NCBI GenBank assembly: GCA_001244265.2
Contig: CDLV01000007.1
Span: forward strand, 1,550,001-1,614,000
Length of the DNA: 64,000 nt
Direction: 5' to 3'
Source of the DNA: Microbotryum violaceum
Taxonomy: Eukaryota
This document shows, piece by piece, positions 46,670-58,911 of this stretch (position 1 is the first letter of the stretch; each line of letters starts with the position of its first letter). The position numbers were made by a program, and so were the translations under genes. The notes beneath the pieces are model-generated. The model was given only the letters and a program-made list of their open reading frames with translations, was not told the origin of the DNA and did no database searches.

Positions 46670-49240
46670 CTAAGCTTCTGGGACCTCCTTCCCCTCCTCC
46701 TTATACTCATCCAACACCGCGGCCATGGCATGATGCAAAACAGGAGTCGTCGCTACTACGACAGGACCTTGTACCCCGCCCCTCTTGACCCGCTCCTCCG
46801 CCGCCCCATTCCTCTCCTCCGTGATCGTCCTCGACCACCTCAATTCCAGAACACGACCTCGTACCATCCCATCCACCGCACGAGCCCCCAACTCACGACA
46901 CAGAGGGAAGTAAGGCAGTTCGAACCTCTTTCTCAGGCGTGTCATGACGAGCAAAAGTGATTGAGTCGAAAAGTCCGAGCCGGAACCTGCTGCACCTGAT
47001 GCACTCGCTGCGGCGAGTTGACTGGATGGGTCCGAGTTGAAAGGGGAAGATGCGGCGTGAGGTGAAGCTTGCACGAGAGGAGAGTAGATTGAGAAGCCGG
47101 ATCCACCCTGATTCGCAGATTCGACGTTGGGTTCAGCGGAATCGGTCATAGGCAAGGAGTGAATGAGTTGGAGGTTGAGTAGCGAGTGGGCTTGAAGGAA
47201 ATGCGACGATAGCTCGGGCTTGATCTTGCCATCGCTGTTGATGTATTCGGCCGTGTAATCGCTAAGGTGCGCGAGTTTGCCTCCAAAAACTTCGTAAAGC
47301 GTCTCGAACGCGAAGCCACTGTGTAAATTGTCTGGTACGTGGGGCAGCAGCACCTCCTCATGGAACGCTCGTGCTTCTTCTTTGGAGCAGTCACCGATGG
47401 ATAGGATATTGCAATGTTGCATGACGTTGAGCTGACGAAGCCAGTGCATGTAGAACGGGTCCGAAGTCGCATGGATGACGTGGCATAAGCGGTCTTGCTT
47501 CGTCAGCACCAACATGGAGTCGAGCAGGCTTTTCATCGCGTCGGGATCGGTCTTAATCAGCGCTGGGAGCTGTAGGTAGTAATGAGATACTTTATCAGTA
47601 TCCGAGGTAGGGAGGTGCGGAAGTGAGCCGAGGAAATGTACCTTGTGCGCTTCATCCAAGAACAGCACCGGCACCTTCTTCGGCGGCGGCTTGGGCTCCT
47701 CGACTTCCTCCTCACCCTCCAGACTGGTCCCTTCTGAGCTTTGAACCTCCTTCTCCCCCTCGTTCGTCTTCTTCTGCTCTTCAATCGACCGAGCAGCTAG
47801 TACGTCAATTTCCTCCTTCTTGTCCGTCTTCCGTACGGCCTCTTGTCGCATCTTGGCCTTGGTCGTATCCGTATACTTCCTCATCGACCTCCGAGAGTTC
47901 TTATCCCCCTTCTTCGACCCTCCCTTTCCTTTGTCCTCTCCCTTCCCTTTCTGATCTTGTTCCAGCTCGGCTCGCCTAGCATCGGACATGGGCTCGAAAT
48001 GCCAATACTTGAGCAGCGCAGATTGGAACAGTTCCATCAGGTGCGCGATATCGGAAGTCTTGACAACCCCGCCTTTGGAGACGCGATCCTCGATCGCTAG
48101 CCGATCATGCTGTACCACGAGCAAAGCCGCGGCCTCGTCAGTGTCCATTCTCACTACTCGATACGGCGACTCTGCGAGTACGTACTTTGAAAGCCCAGCT
48201 CTCCTTTTCGAAAACGCCCCAACCCCATTCCGCGCACATCATCTCCGGCAAGGCGCCAAAGTATCCTTCCATCTGTTGAGCGAGAGAGAAGTACAAACTC
48301 TGCAGGTCGGCGAATCCGGCTATTCTCAAGTCAAAGTGGATGCAGTGGTATTGCTCCTGGGAGAGAACTTGGCGTAGCAACGCCGTTTTGCCGACCGACG
48401 AGGCGCCGAAAAGGACCGTGAAGGACTGTGGGTACGCTCTATCCCCTCAGAAGTCTATTCCACAATGCCGGATCATGGTACCCCTCGACCCACAGGCACA
48501 GAACCCAAAGCTCGCTCGAGTGCTTGGATCTCTTTCGGCCGATCATAAAACCCGGGCAAGGGCGAAAAAGTATGACTTGTTGGGACTGGTAATGAACGCA
48601 AGTTCAAGAACGGGGCTTCAACATCACACAATCAAACCATAAACAAGTAAAATAAAAAGTAGTACTGACTTTGTTCCCTCTCCTTGTTCTCCTGCATCTC
48701 CTGGCGAGCCTCCTCCAAAAGCTGCTTGGACTCGCGCAGACTTTTGAGCACCTCCGAAGGCTATGAGCAAGATCGAAAGGTGTGAGTGAATTCCGAATGA
48801 GAATTATGCGAGTTTTCTTCGAAAATCCTTCTATTGTAGAACAGTGCGACACTTGCTCCGCCTACAACGCAGCCTGGAGACCGCCGAAGACCTGACTTGA
48901 CTCTACTCACATTCGTAACAACGCCGACGATCTCCCCGAGCCCAAAGAAACCCCTCCGTCCTTCAACATCCTTCAGACCCCTTAAACTTCCTCGATCATC
49001 CAACCGAGGTCGATGTTGACATGTACATCCCAACAAAGCGACGGGGGTCGGTATTCGGCGAAGTGCGCTAAGTGCTCGTCGCGAGGGAGCTCCGCGAACA
49101 TGTCCTAGCGTGATCGACGTGTTGCGTACTCCGCTCCGAGGACTGCTGGCGAAGCCACGAAGAGAGGAAGGCTCGACGGTGACAGGGAGCCCGGACCAGG
49201 CTTGGGATGACGATTTGGTACTTGGTCGAAGCCGTAACAT
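46670..49240 (-). CDS. Uncharacterised P-loop (AAA-like) ATPase, multi-exon, possible mitochondrial presequence
   Basis: Walker A FGASSVGKT, FDLRIAGFADL, Walker B VLFLDEAH, HVIHATSDPF and FGGKLAHL, with an R/S/L-rich N-terminus. Confidence 0.8.
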
Positions 49241-49869
49241 CTTGGATCGTGCATGTGTTTCGTGTGGGGTGAGGGAACACTACTAGGCTGGGAAGCACAT
49301 TCAGCTCGCTTCGCGCGTTTCGGTCGTTTTGCCCATGACGCGTTCCTTCTTCAAGTGACCGACCATGTCGGGGAACACCGACTCGAACTCCGAAAATAAA
49401 AAGTAGATCAATGCTTTACATCACAAAGAGGGGGGGGGGGGGGCGTAGAGAAAAGGTAACCACAAAGCAACTAGAGGAGTACAGTCTCCGAATGAGGTCA
49501 ATCATAAATGAAGTCAGAAAAGCATCAGGAATAGGAGGGTTGACCATGATCGGGGTTGAGCAAAGTTGGCTCCGGAAGCGGGATGCGTCAACTCAGCGCC
49601 GATCGCGTCAAAGTAGTGAGGCGACACAGGGCCGAGAAGAAAAGATGCACGGTATGAAGTGATGAGAGTAAGACGCGCAAGAGACGACACCGAGAAGGTG
49701 GATCACGAGTACGGGTTCAACGAGGTTGGCCAGTGGCGACTGCGATCCCGGACCCCTGAGCAAGCCGAGCGCGTGGTTAGGCTCTCTTTTTTAGGCTGTG
49801 CGCATGTAAGTCGAAGTAGATTAGCCTGTTAGCCAGTTGAATGATCCAGCTTTATCCGATTACACACCT

Positions 49870-52386
49870 TCACCTCCACAGCCCACGTCTCTTCCGTCCC
49901 GGCGCCTTGCCCTTGCCTCCACGCTCCTTGGCCATCTTCCGGCGAGCTTTGCACTTTTGCTCGTCCTTGACCCCATGGGCATCGCACTGCTTGAACTTAA
50001 ACCCGTCCTCACGAATGCGCAACAAGTCAATCTCGCCATTACGCCAACTCTCGACCATCCACTTCGCCTCCACCACGCATCGCGTCACCACCTCGGCCAC
50101 CTTCTTGCCCTCGCGACGAAGTTGTTCCGAACGATCAGGCAAGAGTTCGATCGCTTGTTTCATCCTCTGCTCGAGCTTGACCATGTGCTTCTTGATGCGC
50201 GCGTAATCAGCGTTCCTCAAGTGACTACGCTCCCCCGTTCGATAGAAGAGGTGGTGAAGTGATGTACCCATCTTGACCGATTGTCGCCGAGCATGCCCGT
50301 TCAAGTGCGCCGCTCGACGAGCCATGTGGTCAAAGTCGCGCCCCATTTTTTTCGCTTGACGATCCGCGTCCTGACCCAGCCTTTTAATGCGCTTCTTGCT
50401 CTCGCGTAACGCTGTCTCCGAGGCGGAGGCGTATTTGACGAGCGTGGAAGCTTGGGCTTGCGCAGCATCGACGAGGGCCTTGAAAATGGCGAGGGAATTC
50501 GAGTCCGAGGGCTGAGACCAGAAATCATCTTCCTCGTCCGTGGTCGATTCTCCATGATCCTTGGGACACTGACAAGGGCATCGTTCGTCGCGAAAGCTCT
50601 CAGATCGAGGTATGACTTCTTCCACTTGGCCTTGGAAAGGCCGCACCATCCTATACGCGGAAGCGTGCGATCCTCGAGAACTTGGACGACGCGCCACCGG
50701 TGCCTTCGTCATAGCCACCGGATCAACATCAGCGGCACGCTGAACCGGTACGATGGGGGCGGAGGCGACGTCGACTTGATCGAGAATAGCCGGGGTGACA
50801 GCGAGAGTCGGTTTGAGCTTTGAGCCAGCTTCTCCGTGCCCGGAAGCTGGTTGAGACGAACCCCCACTAATCGGCCTAGACTGCGAGCTCGAGTTTGAGA
50901 CCACTCGTTGATCCATCGTCGCGAGATTGCCATGACGGGCAGGCAAGAAGCCGCAGCCAAGTCCGACTATGATGACGCTTAAAACAACTAGAGCGGAGGT
51001 ACTGCGAATCCAGAATTGGGCGCTTGTATCACGGCAAACCCTGTTCTTCGAAAGGTCAAAATATTCAATCTCGGCGCAGTCCTCGGACGATGGGGCTTCG
51101 GACGGGTTCGTATTAGCCGCCTGAGATTCTTGAGCATTCGCTGGGCTCGCTGCCGCGGTCGCAAGGCTCGAAGAGAATGGCACAGCGGATGTTGTGCTGG
51201 TTGAGGGTTCCTTGCTTGAGCTGGGCGAGCTTGCCTGTTGCGTCGAGCGCTTACGCAAGCTGAATTCAAGTAGTCCAGGTCAGCTCCATCCTCATTACGA
51301 TGCAATCTAGAAGACGAACCCGATGGGAGGGCCGAGAACTGCCGGTGACTTCGCTCGATTCGAAGGCGAGCTCGCGAGGATGGTCATGTTCGAGTCGACG
51401 GAGCGGAGCGACGCTTGGGAGTCTGAAGGTGATTCGTTGGACAAGAGACGCTCCTGGCTCGTACTGAACATGATTTCGTGCTTAGAATTTGCGCCGTCGA
51501 CATTTACGAGCCTGGTCTCGTCCTTCACGTTCCCGGGCGTATCGCCGTCGAAAGAGGCTGTTGTGGCTGGCAACGTGTGATCCGCTGAAGGGGTACGAGG
51601 CCTTGAGGAGTCCAGATGATCGAAGTTAATTTTTTCATCTTGATCTTGATCGAGGGGGGTCGGAAAAGACGATTGAGATGCTTGCACCGTAGATTGGACC
51701 CATTGTGCGACGGCACATCCGCTCGGCGGGCCTGAAGAGCTGCTGGGCGAACTGGCATCGGCCGCGGCGGGACCGTCGACAAGCTGTTGGGGTACATCGG
51801 AGACGGGAGGAGCCGAGTTGACCTTGATGGGCTCCGATTTGGTGTCAAACAGCATGTCCTCCTTGGCGTCCAGCAAAAACGAGTATTCGACCTCAGAGTT
51901 TGGATGACTCGTCGTGTCCGGCACGCCGTGTTCGTCCTCAGCATCGCCATCCGAGTCTTGGCCCACGAGCGAAGCGCTTGACCCTTCAGAGGGTGCATCA
52001 AAGGCGATGGATGCCTCACTGCTCGCGTGCAGAGGATCAGGGAAGCTCAGCCTCATTCGCTCGTCCCCGCTCGCGCTCGCGGCGACGCTACTTCCATCGT
52101 GGCTAGGAGTTCGGGAGCGCTCGGAACGATGACCACCGACTTGACGGTTGACTCGAATGCGGGTCTTGGTCAAGAATGCTGGTCGATGGTCGATCCCTTC
52201 AGACCACTCATGACTTTGGACGAGATCGAATGAGGCCTCGTCGTGGAGGTCCTCGCCTTCGGTCGAATGCTCCGATGGAGACCAGTCGGACCAATCGCCT
52301 TCGTCCGACGACGTTGCAGGGGTGGAACCGAGGTCAACGGGTATCGGTGAAGCCTTTGCCGAAGAGTCGGCGTTTGTTCGAGTCAT
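49870..52386 (-). CDS. Hypothetical protein: acidic/Ser-rich N-terminus, one TM helix, basic coiled-coil C-terminus
   Basis: Two long ORFs (51307-52386, 49870-51258) separated by a likely short intron; hydrophobic ALVVLSVIIVGLGCGFL. I recognise no family. Confidence 0.65.
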
Positions 52387-53902
52387 GGTTGGAGACGAGT
52401 GGGCCAGTTTTTCATCAAGCTACGTATCCGAGCACAATTACCCTGAATGATCAAGATGTAACAAGTATCAGCGTATATGCGTCTGTGCGCTCTGGGCCGT
52501 GGGACAGGTCGAACGCCGCCGAGGCTGCAGGTCACGGGGGAACGACGACGACGCCGACGTTCGGCCGAGGCAAGACAGCTGACGAATCCGAGTCCTGGTT
52601 CGCGGACCGACCTTCAACGGGACTGAGGTCGACGATGCAGCTGTTGGAACAGATATGTGTATTATCGAAAGGTTCATACACATAGTGTCAGTACAGCATA
52701 CGAGAGTTGAATGCAGCAGCACGTGCAGCGTGGCGCAAGGTGGGGGTCGGGGTCTATGGCGGCTTATCGCCTGCGACCGATCCGAGTCTCGCCCTTCACA
52801 CTGACGTAGAGGGGACTGTGTACTCACTTGGAGGCCTTTGGCTCAGAAGAGGACCGGAATCAGATCGAACTTTGTCGAGTACTGCAGTTTGCGAAGATGG
52901 AAGAATGCCAGCGAAAGGAGGAAGTGCCGTGCACTCAGCGAGTCGGCTTGGGGCAGAATTTGGCCGCGCAGACTCTTTCTGTCCTGAGCGGGCGAAAATG
53001 GCGAAAATATTGGTAGTGGGGAAGAGGGCCCGGGGTCAGCACGGCACCAGTGATTAAAATCGCTAAAACGTGGGGCCGGTAATTAGGACCTCGGAGGGAG
53101 CGGACACAGGAGAGGATACAACGAAATGGAGAAAGTCGATGGCCTCAATAGGACGCACGCAGCTGCTACTTGCATGGCCTTATGCAATGGGCCTCGGAAG
53201 TTGGGAGTCGGCGGGTCTCACCGATCTCACCCCCACTTGGAGCCTCGAGAGCTGCCGATCGACGCGGAGCTGGGCACTGCATGCTCGCACTGACGATGCT
53301 GCTCATCACACGATTCCACCAGAGCTCCACCATGCAGTCAAAACATCCTCAGCAAGTTAGATATTCGAAATATCAACTGCAAATGCGCGGCACTCAAGTC
53401 ACGGTGAAAATCAGCCGCGAACAAGCTGACGTGACGACTGCTCAACTTCGAGTTGTGGCGCTCGCGACGAGGGTCGGGGTGAATCGCGGAAAAAGGCTTG
53501 AGAGCGTGCAGCATGTTACCTGAATATATGTTGAAAGACTCACCTACTCCTCGGTTCACTCGAGTCGGATCGTTCGCAATGGACGATAGCAGTGCGAGGA
53601 CCGGAGAAGACGGAGCGCGGGTGTGCATGCAGTGAGCACGAACCCAACTTGAGCAGTTCGTTCGGGGCCCCAGATTCCTCGCATGGATTCTCTCTCGCCA
53701 TGCCTCGCAAGTCGGGTATCCGAGTGAAGGGCGGAATTAATAGTTATCGTACACGATATTGTACGAAAAGAGCCTTATCAAGAAGCAATCCATCGCTTTC
53801 TCTCACACCACAGACTGTAGGCGACTTTCGCGCTTTCGAAGTTCCGACGTCATTTCGCACTTGCATTTTTGGGTATCTTGGGACGGTGTCAAGAGTAAGC
53901 CT

Positions 53903-54996
53903 CTATCGTTCATCTGAACGATCGGGTGAGCGAATGTTGCCCGCTCCACCTGTACCGAATAAGGTACAGCATCAGCGGCTGGTGTCACCCGAGCTGACAA
54001 CCAAAGCACCGGGGACTGACCTCGTCCGGTCGCCCACACCCTCTTCTTGGCCACCTCCTTCTCATGCTTCTGCAACACTTCTCTCTCCTTCGCCTCCTCC
54101 TTCTCCATCTCGGCCTTCTCCTCCACTTCCGCGACCGTAGACACCCTCGCCAAATCCGAATCCTTTCCTCTCGACTGACTCCTCATATTCCCCTGTCCAC
54201 CACGACCACTCGCAACGACTTCAGGTCGTCCTTCCCTTTCCCTTGAACTGGACCTCTCCACTCGAGCTTGATGAACCACCGAAGCAGGCTCTTCCCCCGT
54301 CGAAAGGACCGGTGCCTCACCGTCCTGCATCGCGAATTTCATATTACCGGCTCCACCTCGTCCGACTGCGAGAGCGGGGGTGCGGCCGCGAGAAGTCGAA
54401 CGTGAGGTCGTTTGGGAGAGACCGTTTGTGCCGATGGTAGTGTTGGTCGCTGCTTTGTTCAAACTGGCCGCGGCGTAGGTCTCGGCGCCGGCTCGGCCAC
54501 GAGGTTCTTCGGCCGTACCTGGGGAGGAGGAAAGGCGTTTCGAGAAGGGGGTCACGAGGTCACAAGTAGACGCAGCGTGATTTGGGATCCAGATGCAAGT
54601 CGCGTCACACGTACCACGGGAGAAAGAAGACCAATAAAAGGAATCGTCAGTGATAGGCTCGCAAGTTTGTGACATGTCGTAGAACGCACCTTCGGCCAAG
54701 CGTCCGCCCGTCCTTCCGCGGTCCCTCTCCCCTCCCGAACCCCCACTCGTCCCTCGATCGCGACTAGCACTCATGACCCTCTTGACCTTATCCATCATCC
54801 CACTCACGCCCCTCGACAAGGACTGTCGACGCGTCACACTGGGCGAACGGGATTCTTGTCGCGTTGCCGCGGCCGGGGTGGGCCGGATGAGGGCTTCTTG
54901 TGGGAACGGGGTTGGGACTGCCGAGTCGGAGGGGGATGTGGCGTCTGTTGCTAAAGAGTCTTGGGTCGCCAGTTGGGGTCGTTCGAGAGTGGCCAT
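53903..54996 (-). CDS. GRGGAGN-repeat protein (DUF3602 / Par32-like)
   Basis: VGRGGAGNM, SGRGGQGNM and a spliced TGRG|GAGNI in a disordered S/R-rich protein. Confidence 0.75.
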
Positions 54997-56690
54997 GGTG
55001 GAAATGGGTTTTTGAGTGGACTGCGACTGTTGGGGGGTTGAGAGAGGCCAGAGGGGGAGAAAGAAGGAGGGGGTCCGTTTTCAGTCAATGGGGAAACATG
55101 CGGGGGAAGCGGACACTGGCCTACACTGGCCTGTTGCCGCACGCCGGCTCGTGGGAGCGCACGGTGTCAGGTGATCCGGGTTATGGTATGACACGGCCGT
55201 AAGAGCAGCGGGCGCAACTTCGCGTTTCACTTCACACGGAGATGCGTGTCTCCACTGAATAGCGTGTGAGACATTCGGACTCACAGCTTGTGTATGCACT
55301 TGGACGAGAAAGATGAGCGAACAGCACCTGTCGAGTGCAGGAGGAGAAAGGGGAAAACGCTCAAGAAAAGGGTCGAGCTTGTGATCATGTGAGCTGCTTC
55401 TGAGTTCTTGGTGCTTGGCGCCGCGACCGTCCGACGCTTCTTTGCTGCCCAGAGCTAGGTTACAGCGATGGACTACTACTGGCAGAGTGATACATCAGAA
55501 CCAATCTTCATTTTCATTCCTAATCTGTGTTGGGTTTATTTACCGCTTCTTGTGGTGAGCCCTACTCGACTCGGCGTCTTTTATAAGAAACTCTCCCATT
55601 GTTCGATCCTCCGTTCGTAATAGCCAAAGCGCCGAAGCGTGTCCCGTACGCGCATTGCGTCATCCCCATTGTTGAGCTCGGACCCCCTTGATCGAAAGCC
55701 CGACGACTTCCTGACCCTACTCCTTTTTCGCCTCATCCTTACCGAGCAACTGCTGTACGCTCGAAACCTTATTGTCCAAACTGCCTTGCTTATCCGTGCG
55801 TGTACCGATTCGAATGTCAGTGGCGATTCGGGGCTGTTGATGTGGTCCGAGGGTAGAAAGGTTTTCATTCAGCAAAGGCAAAGGCTTCCAAAGCGAGTCG
55901 TGTGCAGTAGAGACTTACGCAGCCCATGGCGTGAACAGCTTGATGGCATTCTTCGATGACCTTCATCACTTGAACGAATTCACCTTGTACTCCTGTACCA
56001 TCTGGAAAGAGGGAATAATCGACGACGGTCATCGCGATTGAAGATTAGCCCGAATCCATATTGGGCATATGCTGAACATTGGGCAACTTGCATCCGTGCA
56101 ACTTGTATTCCAAGCCTGATTTCTCGAGTACGCGTTGACATTCGGCAATGTACTACAAGGTCGAGGGTGCGATGGGAAAAGGGGAAGTGGGGGTGGGGCC
56201 AGAGGGGGGATGAGCACGTCAAGGTGTACCAGCTACGGGCTCATCGACTATGGGTGTGACCTACCTTTGTGACCCCCACTTCCCCAATGCCCATAGGGAT
56301 TAAGCAAAAGTCGGCGACCTGATGCGGGATTTGTGTACAAAGCCGAGCGCGAAGGACACGTCAGCGGCCAGCTGGGTGAGAGTCCAGAGCGAAGCCAAAC
56401 GTAGATTATGAACCTACGGCGTGCATCCTATGTGCTGCTGCTCGAATATGTGCGGGTCGAAAGAGCATGTGCTGTTACGGAGAGAGTGGAGGGCTGCCAG
56501 ACGAGGAGGTCGTGGTCGACGACTGGTGGCGCCGCCACTGCGCAGGCAGGGTCGCGCATGGTCTGTGCGCGCCTGCTCGCGCCTGGTGGCTCTGGCAACG
56601 TCCTCCCGACCCCTGGCGCTCCTCTCTGGCTCTTCCTCCATCATATTTCGCGGTTTGACCACCTCCCTCTCTCGCGATCTAACCAGAATC

Positions 56691-58778
56691 ATGGTACGTC
56701 GCCAACAACCCCCTCCCCCTTCCCCCTCTCGTCATTCCTGCCCCCCTGCTCCTCTGACGCGGACCGCTGACGTACGCGCTTCGTTCTCCGGTCGAACAGA
56801 GCAGCGACCAAGAGGCCCAAGACCTGCCCTCGGACGACGACGCCTACGAGGACTATGACCCCAACGATTTCCTCGACGACGATCAAGACCCTCCCATTGT
56901 CGCTCCCGTGGTGCCTGTCATTCCCACCACTGCTCCTGCTGCTTCAGCGAGTCGTGTAACCCGATCGTCCAACGCGGCCTATCAATCACCGCCACAACCT
57001 CATCACGACGACGACGACGACGATGACGGCGAAGAAGACGAAGACGGTGACAATGGAGGCTATGGCCTGTTCCCCACCTTCGGTCAAGCAGCGCGACAAG
57101 CCATGGGAAGATTCATCAACCCCAACGCGTTCCAAGCCGGTTTCGGAGGACATGCCTTTGCGAGACCACCCGCGAGCGCGTTCAGGAGGCAGTACAGGGC
57201 GTACTCGACGGCCATTCTCGAGGTGCAGAGAGGGAGGAGCTATGGTGGTGGTAGATCCAACCTCATGTATGGTGGAAAGAGTCAGTACGATCACCCATGT
57301 CCTCTCGCTCTCTCCCCGTCTCGACCCTGTTGCTGATGTCATTCTCGCCTCGATCCACGCACACAGTCACCATGCCTCCCTCGGCACTCGAGGAAATCAG
57401 TGAGCGGCCCGACAGCATTTCAGAGGAGTATAGGAATGTCTGACCATTATTCGTTCCCTCACAGCCCAACTTGACATCGAGCTACCCATCACATTCGAAA
57501 TCACAAATCCGGCTCAGCCGGATCTGACGACCCACGTCGGGGTACTCGAGTTTATCGCCGACGAAGGCACCGTCAACCTTCCCCAATGGGTGAGCACATG
57601 CACTCCCAATTCGTATGTATGTTCAGCATCTGAATCCAACAAATGTCACCACCCTCGGCAGATCATGGACCAACTGCGCCTGAATGAAGGCGACCCGATC
57701 CGTATCTGGGGAGGCCGATACCCCAAGGGCAAGATGATCAAGATCCAACCCCAGAGCACCGATTTCCTCGAAGTCAGCGATCCCAAGGCAGTGTAAGACT
57801 AGTGGAATTTCATCCTTCGTCCTGCTTCACGGAAAGCTGACTCCTGTCAATCCCCAGTCTCGAACAAGCTTTGCGCCACTTCTCCTGTCTTTCGGCTGGG
57901 GACATCATCGAGATCGGCTACCAATCCCTGACCTTCCGCCTCTTGATCATGGAGATCACACCACCCGGTCCCGCCATTTCCATCATCGACACGGACGTCG
58001 AAGTCGATTTTGCCGCACCCGTGGGCTACGTCGAACCCGAATACGTTCCACGAGGTGCGATCGCCGGGCCGACCATGAAGGACAAGTACACGATCGACAC
58101 CAAGGGCGTCCAAGACGTCGATGCTCGAGGGAGTGGGAGCTCGACGCCTGCTTCGAGAGGCGCGGGTGCAGCGGTCGGAGCTGATGGGGCAGTTCACAGT
58201 TGGGAGGCGTTCAAGGGGAGCGGGAATAGCTTGAGTGGGAAGAGGATCAAGGGCAAGGGCGTCAAGGCTAAGAAGATTGAGGCCGTCGATGAGAACAGTA
58301 TGATCTTCAGGACGGAGTGAGTCTCCCACACGTTCGGTTGTTAACGGGATCTTGTGAACCTGACGAAACCGCACCTTGCACTCCCCGCAGTCAACCTCGC
58401 ATGGTGACAGCCGATACGCAAATCGGCGAACGCCAAGTCCCCGCGGCCCTCAACCTCCCCCCAGGTAATCTCTTCTTCGGATTTGAACCCCGACCACCCC
58501 CCGGCTCCGAAGAAGACATTGCCGACAATCTCAAAGCCGAAGCTGAATCAGCGGCCACACCCGTTCCTTTCGCCGGTGTCGGTTCGGGAAGTACGCTTTC
58601 GGGTCGAGCGAGAAATTCAGCGGCGTTACCGCAGGGTGCTCCGATGCCACCTCCTACTATGGCTTTGCCGAGTCTTGCGACGTCCGTCCCCGCTGCTGGC
58701 GGTCAACTCAAATCGTTCTCCGGGTCGGGTAATACGCTGTCGGGCAAGAAACCGATCGAGACAATTGAGATTGATTGA
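56691..58778 (+). CDS. UFD1: Ubiquitin fusion degradation protein Ufd1 (Cdc48 cofactor), multi-exon
   Basis: MYGGK, [52 protein letters not shown] and IIDTDVEVDFAAPVGY, with SHP-like boxes FKGSGNSL and FSGSGNTL. Confidence 0.95.
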
Positions 58779-58911
58779 AGCTTGGATCTACTTGTAAAGA
58801 CGTCCTTCGATAGGCATCTGTGTGCTTTTCCGCTTTCATTCTGAAACTTCACTTGCATTTCGCATCCTTTCGTGTATACAACTTCCTGCCCCTCATGTGC
58901 CAAAATCCGTT

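Noticed and set aside
55581..56260. Short ORFs between the Par32-like gene and UFD1
   Set aside because: No recognisable family or consistent exon structure.
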